DNA of 64,000 nt from Entomortierella parvispora E1425 (taxonomy: Eukaryota > Fungi > Mortierellomycota). Made by a program: the position numbers and the translations under genes. The notes under the pieces were generated by a model that saw only the letters and a list, made by a program, of their open reading frames with translations, did not search any database and had not been told where the DNA came from. Location: positions 558,001 through 622,000 of the forward strand of contig BQFW01000010.1 of the NCBI GenBank assembly GCA_020891255.1. The letters are read 5' to 3'. Positions 51,450 to 63,456 of the stretch are shown here, one piece after another. The number at the start of each line of letters is the position of its first letter. Position 1 is the stretch's first letter.

Positions 51450-53366
51450 ATGTCTTCCAACAACCGACCCGTGTCTCCAGGGGCCAAGCCCCATGTCATT
51501 GTCGTCGGAGCCGGAATCGGTGGTCTCACGCTTGCCCTTCTCCTGGAACGCGCTGGCGTTTCCTACGTTGTCCTGGAAAAGACCTCGTCCTTCAAGCCAC
51601 TGGGTAACAAGGAGCGATCTTCGACTAATGAACTTTTTTTTTATGATGGAGGCCTGTTCAAACTGACTTTGTGCTCTATAGGTTCTGCTCTCTCTGTGTC
51701 CGGACAGCTAACATATCTCTTCCGTCAACTCGGCATTTTCGAGGAATTCCAAAGCAAGTCCTTGGTGTTTGAGGAGATCAAGGCCTACGATGGTGACTGT
51801 AAGCCGACCACCAAGTTGGATTTCCGAGCAGCCGTCCCAATGTAGGCAAAAATGACTGAGCTCCGAGGACGGAACCACCTTGTGCTAATTTTTTTTTTTT
51901 TTTTTTTGAACCCGCCAATCTCATCTTTTGAATAGGAGTGGCTCCGACTGCTATATAGTGGCGCGACCAATTCTGTATGATATACTCTACAACAAGATAC
52001 CCAAGGAAAGGATTCACTTGAACAAGCGCGTCCTCGCCATCCAGAACGGGGATCTCAGCTCTCGCGTGGATTGTGCTGACGGGTCTTCTTATGACGGAGA
52101 CATCATTGTGGGAGCTGATGGCGCAAACTCACCAGTCAGACAGGGCTTGTTCAAGTGGCTCAAGGGGAACAACAAACTGCCCTCATCCGACGACGTCCCA
52201 ATGCCCTACAATTGTATCTGTTTGGTCGGCCAGACTGGAGAGCTCGATCCGGAGGAGTTCCCCGAAGTTGGAAAGCCAATGAGCGCCTTTGATGGCATGG
52301 CAAGCACAACCTCTGCCTACACGGTAATATTACCAAAACTGAAAACTGGATGGATGGCTGCAAGCAGTTGATTGACATCGTTTCCGAGGAAACTCTTCTA
52401 CTTTGAAATACCGTAGTGGGCGACTTTTACCACCAAGCAAAACACCATCTGTTGGATGGTGGCCGAGCATTTGAATGAGACTTGGAGCAAAGAGCATGGA
52501 AGCTTTAGTAACTCTGACTGGGGGCCTGAGGCAGCCGGGGTCATGGCCCAAGCAGTCCGTGGCTTTCCAATCGTTAATGGAGGAAAACCTGGGACAACTT
52601 TGGGTCATTTGATTGACAAGACGGACAAGGATCTGATCTCCAAGGTTATTTTAGAGGAGAAAGTATACAGTTCCTGGTACGGTGGCAGGACGGTTCTTCT
52701 GGGCGATGGTAAGGGTGAATGGTGGACGTAGGACTAAGGAACAATAGTGAGAGCAATATGTGGCTTACATTATTTTTTGCCACCAATTGCACTTCTGATA
52801 GCATGTCACAAGGTAAATGATCCAAGATATAAAAGTGCAATGAAACGACCATATCCTGACAAGAGGGACTGCATTGTTCTTTTTTTTTTCTTTTTTGCTC
52901 CGTATAGCTCAATCCTGCGGGTGGTGCTGGAGCACTCTCGGCCATCCATGACGCTCTCTGTCTTGCTAATTGGATCAATGTCCTTCCTTCGGTTGCGATC
53001 GCGGATCTTGAAGCGGCTTTCAAAGAATACCACAATGAACGCTACCCTCTCGTCATGACCTCCTACCAGTCTAGTCGAACGCTCGCCAAGGCCGCAGAGA
53101 AGAACTTTACTGGCGCCATCGTTCGCTATATTACCTCCAATCTGCCAAATTGGCTGTGGGTGCTTCTGTTGCAAAAGATGAATGCCTATCGTCCTCAAGC
53201 GTCGTTCTTGGATCTTGCTGAGGATACAGGCACGGTCCACCCCAGTGGCCAGCCAAGTTTGACCAAGACTAGGATTCTCATGGAGGCGTTACTCAAGAAA
53301 CAACAGCAAAGTGCCTCGGTAGCATTGCCCAGCTCCACCACTGAGGTGGATCCCGCTGCTATCTGA
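51450..53366 (+). CDS. FAD-dependent monooxygenase, copy 6
   Basis: Same six-exon structure; joins in frame. Confidence 0.9.
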
Positions 53367-53878
53367 GATGTCACAGGAAGTGCAATGGAACAGTATTTGG
53401 CCTCATTTATATTCAAAGATGCAAGATCTGGCTGCATGGGCGAGTGTGTCCACTTGGAGGCAGTCAGGTATAGAGAATAGCTGGCAAAGAAAGCAATAAA
53501 GAACGCGTCGACATGACAGCGCGCTGGACACTCTCCAAGGACGGCACAGTGTGGTCATTGTGATAGAAGATTGTACGGTACAGGCTCACTTGACCCACGG
53601 TCCTTTTTCCGCCCTGGGGCGGAAGATGATGGACTCGGCCCGCACTCCATCCCTGTGCAAATTTTCGGTTTAGGCGGGCTGTCGGATGCGCGAGAGCCAA
53701 TTGCTCCTTGTGTTCCCTTCTGCGTATGACCTGTCGAGTTCCATCCAACTCGGCTCATGTTGCAGGGAAGACTCTCTTTCATCTCTCTCATCTGCCATCT
53801 TGCATCCCTGGTCTCCCATTACTTCATTCCGAGCATTCATTCCTCCAGTGCTTGGATCTTTTCTTGTAAAAAAAATCA

Positions 53879-55934
53879 ATGTCTTCCGAACAGCAACCCG
53901 CGTCACCAGGGGCAAGGCCCCACGTCATTATTGTCGGGGCTGGAATCGGTGGTCTCACGCTTGCCTTGCTCCTTGAGCGTGCTGGTGTCCCCTACATTAT
54001 CCTGGAGAAGGCCTCATCTAGCAAGCCACTGGGTAACAAGAAAATCCGGCCCTCAATTCTTGCACAGGAGGCATTTGGTCCTCATGAAAAGCTGATTGAT
54101 ATGAGACCGACGTTTTTGGTGAACTGTGTTCCCTTTTTTTTTTTTTTTTTTTTAATGCTCTTCAGGTTCTGCGTTCTGCCTGTCTGCGACTGTGACCTAT
54201 CTTTTCCGTCAGCTTGGTATTTTTGAGGAATTCAAAGACAACACGTTACCGTCGGAAGAGCTTTGCGCCTATGACCATGAATGCAAGCCGGTGTATACCA
54301 TGGATTTCCAGTTGGGAGTTCCAATGTAAGTGGTCATAGCCCCTCGACCTAGGAAAAGAAATTTAAGCCAATGGACCCTTTTTTTTTTTTCTTGGTAGAT
54401 CCGGCTCAAGTTGGCACATTGTTGCAAGGCCCGTGCTCTACAACATGCTCTACGACAGGATCCCCAAAGAAAAGATCCATCTCAAGAAGCGCGTCCTGAC
54501 CATCTTGAACGGGGACGTGGGTGCTCGTGTCGAATGTGCGGATGGATCCCATTATGACGGGGACATTATTGTAGGAGCCGATGGAGCATTCTCTCCCGTC
54601 AGACAGGGTTTGTTCAAGTGGCTAAAGAAGGAGAAAAAACTGCCTTCTTCAGACAATGTGCCAATGCCCTACCATTGCCATTTGTTTGGTGGGTCAAACG
54701 GAGGCTCTGGACTCTGAAGAGTTTCCAGATACAAAGGTGACAGTTGTGCCTTTGATTGCATGAACAGCCCCGCCACACCTTTCACGGTAAGCATGCTCAC
54801 TGACATTGAAGGTGAATGGATATCAATCCTTGACTTTATTTTTCTTGATAAACCTGATGTGAGTTTCGTTTCGGAAACACCCTTCCCAAAAAAAAAAAAA
54901 AAACGTAGTGGGTCACTTTCACAACCATGCAACGTACAATTTGTTGGATGGTGGTCGAACATTCGGACGAAAGCTCGAGCAAAGAACACGACAGTTTCAG
55001 GAACTCTGAATGGGGTGCTGGGGAAGCCGGGGCCATGGCCGAATCGGTGCGCCATTTCCCGATCCCCAATGGCGGAAAGTCTGGAACGACCATGGGTCAT
55101 TTGATTGACAAGACGGACAAGGACTTGATCTCCAAGGTCGTTTTGGAAGAGAAGGTTTTCAAGACTTGGTACGGTGGACGGACCGTTCTTCTGGGCGATG
55201 GTAACAAGGGTCTATGGTGGATGTAAATACGATAGGCAACAAACAATGACAAGAAACTGTGGCTCACTCTTTTTTTTTTTTTTTTTTTTTTTTTTTGTGG
55301 TCACCAATTTCATCATCAGCTTGCCATAAGGTAAACTTTTGGAGTCTGGGGCCAAGATCGTGAAGTGATCTGGTACTGATGTCAGGGCACCCTCTTTTCT
55401 TTCCTTTCTCTCTCTCTTCCTCTTTCTATCATTTCTGACTTCCAGTTAAATCCGGCAGGAGGCGCTGGAGCAATGTTGGCGATCCATGACGGCCTCTGTC
55501 TCGCCAATTGGCTCAATATCCTTCCTTCGCTTTCCGTAAAGGATATCGAGAAAACCTTTCGAGAATACCACCGAGAACGCTATCCACGCGTCATGGCCTC
55601 CCTTCATACTAGCACCATGTTCTCCAAGGGTATTGAGAAGGGCACTGCGGGGAACATGGTCCGCTATTTCTATTCCCACATGCCAAAGTGGTTATGACTG
55701 CTGGTATTGAAAAAGATGGTCGCGTATCGTCCCCAGGCATCGTTCTTGGACCCCGTCAAGGACACGGGCGCAGTCCCACCCGTGGGTCAACCAAGTTGGG
55801 TCAAGACGAGGACTGTCTATCTGGCGCTGCTCAGGAAACAACAGCAACGGGAACAGAAGCAAAAGCAGCAGCAGCGACCGTCTAGTTGTTTAATGAGTAC
55901 CGCTAGTGGCCGTCTAGAACCGGATCGAACATGA
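53879..55934 (+). pseudogene. FAD-dependent monooxygenase, copy 7 (pseudogene)
   Basis: 1-nt insertion near 54677 gives a premature TGA near 54715; there is a further 1-nt deletion downstream, and TGG>TGA at 55695-97 (PKWL* vs PKWLW in paralogs). Confidence 0.85.
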
Positions 55935-56436
55935 TATGGCGCACCAGATTGTGCTTGGTTTTGCTGCTGATTCAGTTCCAACCAGCGTAACAGCCTGTGC
56001 TCTTAAAAAAACAATGGACTACAAAAAGAGGCACGCAGCTACAGAATCTGTAGATTGGATGAAAGAATACAAAGACCTGCTCTCCACCTCCATTTCAACA
56101 ACGACATGTTTTAAAGAGGTCAATCCCCACTGGGAACTGAGTTTTTACTTAGAGGGGAGTGTATATGTCAAAACGGATGGTGCGATTTTTTTAAGAGGAA
56201 TAAAAAGAGGATCGTGAACACACAAGCCAGTCTACTCCTGACTTGTGCGATGAGATTTGTGTGATAGAGGAGAGTTGAGAGTCGTTGGGAGATAGTTTGC
56301 TGGAGGTCGAAGTAAGGAGACAAACGAGTCTATTGAGATTCCTGCCATTGTGTAGAGAAAAAAAAGAGATCCGACTCAAAGGCGGAGGTCCGTCAAGTGC
56401 TGTTTCCTTATATGTGCCCCATCACATTCCAATGAC

Positions 56437-57802
56437 TTAGATGGCCTCGTGGAGCAACTGGTTGAGCTTGTTGATCTTGGAAGAGACGGACAAGTCAATG
56501 GTCTTGTCACCGAACTCGACGACCAAACCACCGAGGATGGAGGGGTTGACCTACAAATTGCAATTCGTTCCGAGTTAGTATATGTTGTAGTCATGTCCTG
56601 TTATGTGTCCATGTCCATCAGGTCGGGGTAGATGTATACCTTGTTGGAGACAATGAGGGTCTGCTTGGCGGTAATGAAGGAAGACTTGGCGAGGAAACCC
56701 TTGACCTTGGCAACATCCTTGGCATCCAACTCCTATTAGTTGCGAAAAAGCAATTACGGGTTAGAAAAATATTGACAGCAAGGATAACAACAACGCCGTG
56801 CAATTGACAATCGTCCTGTTCTCCAGGCACATCTGCAAGACAGCGCTGATCAGAAATATTACCTTGGCGGAGGTGATGGTGACCTGGACCTCACCGCGGT
56901 TGGCGGCCATCAAGGAACCGTAGGAGTTGATGATCTTGACGGTGTCGTAGAGACGACCGTTCTCAGCCAAGGTATCAAAGAAGTTCTTGGTCAAGTCGCT
57001 GTACTTGCCGGCGGAGAGCAACTGCTTGACACCATCCTTCTTCTCGATACGGTTGATGGTGGGGTTCTCGAGGTACTCGCGGAGCTTGGCATCCTTCTCG
57101 ATAACGCGCTTGACGGTCTTCAAGTCGGCATCGACAACGTCCAAAGCCTGCTTCTTGGAAGCGGCAGTGAACAAGGCGGTGGCGTAACGGCCCTCAATTC
57201 CGTGAATGACAGCGGGGATCTAGATCAACCAGGACGAGAAAAAATAAAGATTAGGATCAGATCAAATCTGGCGTTTGATGGGAGTCAGGTGTAGATGCAT
57301 GGGTGGATGAATTGTCCCAGGAGAGTCAGCCGATGTCGAAGATATCATTTCGGGTCATTGCTCATCTCTGATCAGTCTACAGCAGATCGAGAGTCGAGTT
57401 GTCCCGTGTCCCGATCCGCTGCACGGTTTTGGATTAAATCAGGGGTAAGCTGTTCAATGATTACCTTGACGGAGGTGGCAGCAGCGGTGGCATAGCCGCG
57501 GGAGGCCTAGAGGGTACGAGAAAGAAGAGTGGTCGAGATGATGGAGGGATTAGTGAGAGTGGACAAAGGAGGAGGATCCTTGAGGATGGATTCATGTCGC
57601 ATTGGATGGGGAAAGGGATTGGGGAAATGTGCGATGTGCAGGCAGGAAAGCGTGGATCGGGAGGAAGGATAGATAGATCAAGGGATGGGGGGAGCTGGAT
57701 GGGTGAGAGTGGGGAGCAGGGAGAGTGGATGAGGGTAGATGGGCGTGGTGAGGGTGAGCAAGAGCAGAGATTTCATACTTGGATGGCACGGTTGGCGATC
57801 AT
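56437..57802 (-). CDS. ATP5: Mitochondrial ATP synthase OSCP subunit
   Basis: Exons MIANRAIQ|[14 protein letters not shown]|[23 protein letters not shown]...LAENGRL...[12 protein letters not shown]|...|[37 protein letters not shown]. Confidence 0.95.
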
Positions 57803-58022
57803 GGCGAGAAGAGGGATGCGGATGGGGGATGATGGAAAGAAGGATTGAACAATGATTCGTTTTGAGAGAGAGACGGACGGACGGACGGGCGGACAGGGAG
57901 GGGAGAGGAGGGGAGAGGAGGGGAACCCCGCCCGGGTCGCTCCTTTGTGCGGAGAGTCGCAGTGGAGCCATGCAATGCAACAAACAAAACACGCTTGCAT
58001 GGCGTAGAAGTCCGATTGAGTG

Positions 58023-58111
58023 GGTCACGTGTGTGTGATGTCACCGGTGGATTTCTTACGCGCGTGCTGCAGCCACTGTGATCACCCTCAATACTGCACG
58101 CGCGCGCTCTC
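58023..58111. promoter_or_regulatory. Putative promoter segment with E-box (GTCACGTG), copy A of a direct repeat
   Basis: Aligns with 59392-59472; about 220 bp upstream of the ATP5 ATG. Confidence 0.55.
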
Positions 58112-58276
58112 TCTTGTCTTCTTTTCGTTGGCAAGAAGACTGCTGGTTGATTCATTTCAACTGTATCTTGAGCTTATTTCTTTTTTGGAGGTATGTGCGA
58201 ACATGGAAGAGGAAAACGAACACGGAAGAGGAACTGAGATGCGAATAGAAAGGAGGTTCAAAAGATATCTGTAGAA

Positions 58277-58588
58277 CTAGTCCTCAGATGCTTTAGATGA
58301 GCTTACTGACAGCTCAGGGAAGTATGACCCGACTGGCGTCTCAGATAAGCCTGTCCAGCACCATTTGTAGACTGTTGCTCCATACCCACAGCTCGATTTA
58401 CAATTTTGGGTCATTTTTCCGCATTTTCTCCAACAACGTCCTGGACCGCCTATTCCAAAGAGACCAAATGAGCATTTCTCGTCACCAACAGCGTTGTCAG
58501 TGCGGCAATGACTGATATCGCTGCAACTCTGTCCTTTGCAGAATGAGCATAGGATAATAATGAGAAACAAACAGAGAATATGCCTCAA
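58277..58588 (-). CDS. Candidate small secreted Cys-rich protein (start codon uncertain)
   Basis: Hydrophobic RHILCLFLIIILCSFCKG then 8 Cys including GRCWRKCG...KWCWTG; in-frame start is TTG 58588, not ATG. Confidence 0.45.
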   Translation of the reverse strand: MRHILCLFLIIILCSFCKGQSCSDISHCRTDNAVGDEKCSFGLFGIGGPGRCWRKCGKMTQNCKSSCGYGATVYKWCWTGLSETPVGSYFPELSVSSSKASED

Positions 58589-59391
58589 TGGTCCCCTTGA
58601 CGTCGGCCGGACAGCAACATATCCTACACGAGCTACAAAGGTCAATTAAAGAAACTGTTTGTGACGAGCTACTATTGTTCAAGTGTTGTAATGATTCCGC
58701 CTGATCCGATCTTTGGCACATGGTGCAACAAGACATGGTATGCTGTACCTTGCTTAGCAGTCATTTGGATGTGATACGGAGAGGCAACTGCGATGCCAAA
58801 ATGTGTAACTATATGTTTTGGAGATACTGTTTATCAGGGCATGCGAAATAAGCGTCGAAATGAAGTGGTGTCGAATGGTGGTAAAAACCAAAGTGCCTTG
58901 CAGCTTTATAAAGAAAATTTGGGTATGATATTAAAACCTGTGGTATTACCTCGGTGTAGAAGTTCAGGAGGCCATGTCTTAGAGGACTGTCTCCTTTCAG
59001 CGCACAGTCAACGCAAAAATTGCATTCTTTTGTTTGTTTTTTTCTTCGAGGAGAGCAGAAAAAAGCAACGGGTCGAAAAGACTCTAGGTAGGAATGTCCA
59101 AGAGATGGAAGCGTCAAGGGATGGAAAGAACCAAGAGATAGAAAGTTGAAAAGATGAAGTAGTGGGCAGATCAAACAGTGGAAAGATCAACTGCACGAGG
59201 TTGCCGAAGAGATAGAGAACTAGACCTGCTTTTAGCATCCTTCTGCACCAGTTCCTTTCTCTCCTCCCTCTTTAGATCTCGTTGTGCAAAAGGGGGTGCA
59301 ATGCTTTGTCCATACTTCTAGCAGCAGTGCGAGCGTAGAATGGCCAGAGTGCCACAACCAAGACGCGTTTTGCCACCAACAGGCCACTTTC

Positions 59392-59472
59392 GGTCACGTG
59401 AAGGGTGATGTCACCGTGTGGATTTCTTGTGCACATGCTGCAGCCACAGACCACTCAATTAATCGCGCTCTC
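59392..59472. promoter_or_regulatory. Putative promoter segment with E-box (GTCACGTG), copy B of a direct repeat
   Basis: Aligns with 58023-58111; about 150-230 bp upstream of the IEC1-like ATG. Confidence 0.55.
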
Positions 59473-59624
59473 AGACTGCACACTACTACTGCACTCCTAT
59501 TCTTGGGACATTGGGACACTCCTTCTCCCTTTTGTCTGTTCCCTATTCTCTTTTCCTCTCTTTTGTTCCTTGCCGTCCGCTTCTTCTTTGTTTCCATTCC
59601 TTTTATCTCCCAAGTCCTTGGCCT

Positions 59625-61374
59625 ATGAGCACACAGGAACACACGTCGCCACCCCCACCACCGCACCAGGAGGACCAGCCTGCTCCCTCCAACAGCATCA
59701 CCCCCACCGCTAGGCCAGAGCCACGCGACACTGTCTCGACAATGCAACCCACCACGGACCCTGTTGTCGTGAAGCAGGAAGGGAATGGACCCCATCACTC
59801 AACCGCAACCGTCCCTGAGGACAGTGACATGGAGAGCGCTGTGCAGGACCCCGAGGAGGAACACGATGCTGATGGAGAGAATGATGAAGCTGACGAAGAC
59901 GATGAAAACAACGCGGACGGAGAAGAGGACGAAGAGGGCGAAGAGGGCGAAGACGACGAAGACGACGAGGACGAGGACGAGGACGAAGAGAATGAAACGG
60001 GTATCGAAAGAGGCGCTGTCATCATCCCAAAACTGGCGGAAGGAGACGAAGGCGACCTCACCCTTTCCTCGGACGACGATGAAGAAGAGGAGCCACAACC
60101 CAACGATGATGAGTATAGCAACTTGCCAGAGGAGACGATATGTCGTTGGAAAGACTGTGGCAAAGTTCTCCCTACGCTTGCAGCTCTGGTGATTCATCTG
60201 TCGGATGAACATATCGGATGGAAAAAGGCATCTTATACCTGCGAATGGCAAGGTAATACCATCGTGTCCTTTGAGACTTGCCATGGCTGACTTTGGAGTC
60301 TATTTTTTTTTTTTTTTGCAGAGGATTGACAATCTCTTCCACTACAAAAAAAAACACTTAGGGTGCTCGCGGAGACCGATCGCGCAAACGACACGATTCG
60401 CATTGATATCGCATATGCGAAGCCATACCAAACACAAGCCATATGATTGCCCCGTACCAGGTAAATCCCCACATCATCATCATTAACGGCATGAGCAGTA
60501 GCAGCAGTTGCACATCATGACCCAGGAAAAGAACCCATGCTGATCAATGCTACGTCTTGATCACTCCTTAGAATGCGACAAGAGCTTTAGTCGATCCGAG
60601 TATGTAACCCGATATGTCATCAAACCGCTGGGATGAATGGCCAACACGCCCTTTTTTTTTATTTGGTCTAATCAAATATGGCCTTCATTGTGAATTTTTA
60701 GTGCGATGGCAAAGCATTTAAAGTGCCAGCATGGCGATGTGCCGGAAAGGTTCACAGGACGTAAATCCCGAGGCCGCTATACCATGAAAGACCCCTCAGC
60801 CTCCTCAACATTATTGCGAACCAGCTCAGGAAAGAAGAGACGACACGACTCTCGATCCGACGCCGAAGCCAACTCCTCTAGCTGGTCCAAGCACTACAAC
60901 CCTGCGAAACTTCGGAAACTAGGAAGCGATCTTCGCCACAATGGGATCGGCTCTGACATGTCGTTCTTGGAGAGGCTGCATCATCATACAGGTCGGGACC
61001 GACACCATTATCTGCCCTCCTTTTCTCGCCAGAAACATGGGCACGATTTGGAAGACGACGATACTGCAGGAACAGAGGAGGAGCGGTATCGGAGGGTACT
61101 ACATGAGAACGGAAACGAGGCGGAGGATGACGATGCAGATGATAGTGACTTTGCTATCGACAATGGTCAGACTCCTCGGGAGCGGTACGGCATCCTCAAG
61201 GCCAAGTTTGAATACATCTACAATGAGCGGGACTCGCTCGAATCTGAATACGAGGACATGAAACGCAAGTTGGGGCGACTTCGGACAGAACGCGAATTAC
61301 TCCTGGATGCTCTTCTCGAGAGCCAGGAGGAGTTTCAGGACCCGGCGCTCATGGCTCTGGAAGACAGCGAGTAA
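59625..61374 (+). CDS. IEC1: INO80 complex subunit Iec1-like Gli/ZIC-type C2H2 zinc-finger protein
   Basis: CRWKDC...HLSDEHIG...YTCEWQG|CSRRPIAQTTRFALISHMRSH...DCPVP|ECDKSFSRSD|AMAKHLKCQH and a C-terminal coiled coil, matching the S. pombe Iec1 pattern as recalled. Confidence 0.75.
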
Positions 61375-61741
61375 TCTTTTTTTTTTTTTTTATTTCTAAA
61401 AAAAGAGGGTCCCTTCCAAGCCTGTCAAGACGTCTTCCATTTACCAGATTTTTCCATTTGCATTTTCAAAAAACCAAATTTTTGTACACCATTAGCTTGC
61501 GAAATGGTCGCAACCAGCTACTCCATTGTATATAACCTACACCCACTCTATCTCCATAAAGGCAGGACTCCCTGTCCTCTTGTTTTCAAAGATTCTTTTT
61601 TTTTTTCATGTTAATATTTTTTTATTTTATGGTGTGTGCATCCAAATGAATCTTGAGGAAGAAAACCAGCCTCAAAAAAAAAACAAGAAAGGTATGGATA
61701 GTCCAAATCTCACCTTGTTTTTTTTTTTTTTTCTTTTTTCC

Positions 61742-63275
61742 TTACAGTCCCAAACCAACAACCGCAGCCGAGGAAGCTGAGGAAGGAGGCAAGATCTTGG
61801 GACGAGCCTCCTGGTCTGATATTGAGCGCAAAAAGATCTGATCGGGTGCATGGTCTTTCTCGCCCTCGTCGAATGTATAAGAGCTGGCGACGGCCAAGGT
61901 CTTGCCATCGCATGACCATGATAGCGACGAGACAGCTGTAGGGTATTTGGGGTACTGGCGTAACCTCTTCTTGTTGAATCCATCCCAGAGTGTCACTCCA
62001 CCGTCTGATCCTCCCGAAGCGAATGTTCCATGGCTATTGATCAAACAAACAGTGGATATTCGTGTTAGCGAGATTGGCAGGCGACAGACAAAAATGGCAG
62101 GGGATGATACCAAAAGGACAAAAAACCAGAAAACTTACATAGGATGATAAGCCAGAGCGTTGACAGGGTAGATGGTCTCGACTCCATCAACAGGTTGGCG
62201 ATGGCATTTAAAGGCATACTTCTTGGCCTGACTCTCTGCACTAGGATCAAAGAACTCGACCGCAACTCTTCCCTCAATAGAAGAAGAAGCATAGCCGAGA
62301 CCATCCCGCATACAACGGACCATCCTTGTCTGATACTTGAGCGAACTCTCCCGACGTTGAAGGGTCTCGTTCATGTTTCGGAGATCATAAATAAACACCA
62401 AGCGTCCTGCCATCGCCACCACCAACTTTTGATCACAGACATCCAACGAAAAGATCTTTTCTGGTTGTTGGTACTTGCCCAGGTTATGTCCATGCTCCAC
62501 GCCTCCTGCACGATGATCCCAAGTGCCCACTGTCTTGTCCCAGGATCCTGTCACCAAAAAGTCTACAAATGAAAAAAGACAAGGGTTAACATTTCGGACG
62601 TAAAAAGAAACGTAAACGTCTCTCTTGAACCAATGACACAACGATGGTGGTAATGTAAAGAAACATACTGTTGGCGGTACTATAAGCGACTGCTCGGACA
62701 GCATCGTCATGCGATCCCAGAACAGTTCCCTTGCCAGTTGCAAAGTCATGCCTAAAAAAAATCCCCCAAATGGTTCCAACAGACGGGTTAGTTCAAGAAC
62801 TCCAAACGTATCGTCACATTTCTCCCTCGTCTTGATGATATGTTGCGTCCTGAATGGGTCCAACTTACATCCTGACAGTCTTGTCTAATCCTCCACTATA
62901 AGCCTCCATGCCTTCGCCAAAGCAGCAATCAAGGACGGCGGCATCGTGATAATATTTGGACAATTGTTGGTTTTTGACAGTATCATACAGGGCAACACTC
63001 TAAACAGACAGAGAATACAAAAACAAAAGAAACAATTAGATCCATGTAATGAGAGCGAAATGGGCCATAGTTGATGTCATGACCTCCAAGTTTGCTGCAT
63101 TCCTGCTCCGTGTTGCAAGATCTACTCCGGTAGCTGAAAGATTCTGTCCAGTCGAAGTTGCATTCTGTACCTTGTCCCAGGACGAGACCATCAGCATCTC
63201 GGGCTTCGAGGGATGAAAGACCACCGACGAGATGGTGTCATTTGGTGGTTCAAAGAGTTCGTATTCGGCTGCCAT
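61742..63275 (-). CDS. BUB3: Spindle checkpoint WD40 protein Bub3
   Basis: [67 protein letters not shown]; multi-exon. Confidence 0.92.
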
Positions 63276-63456
63276 GGCTGATTGCTGTAAAGTTGTCCAG
63301 TAGTCGAGGTTAATGGTTGGTCAAGGCTCGAGCAGAACAATGACGGGCGATGCAAAGTGCGCGATCTGAAGTAAGCCGCTGAGGGCTTCTGTGACGTGTC
63401 TTTCATGATTCTAAAATTGGTGGCGCATCATTTATTTTTGTAAATTCACTGGCAGC

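Noticed and set aside
30955-55934. Secondary-metabolite biosynthetic gene cluster interpretation
   Set aside because: No PKS, NRPS, terpene synthase, transporter or cluster regulator is present in the window; the pattern fits tandem paralog expansion.
55936-56217. 93-aa ORF after monooxygenase copy 7
   Set aside because: No homology recognised; could be a fragment, but unsupported.
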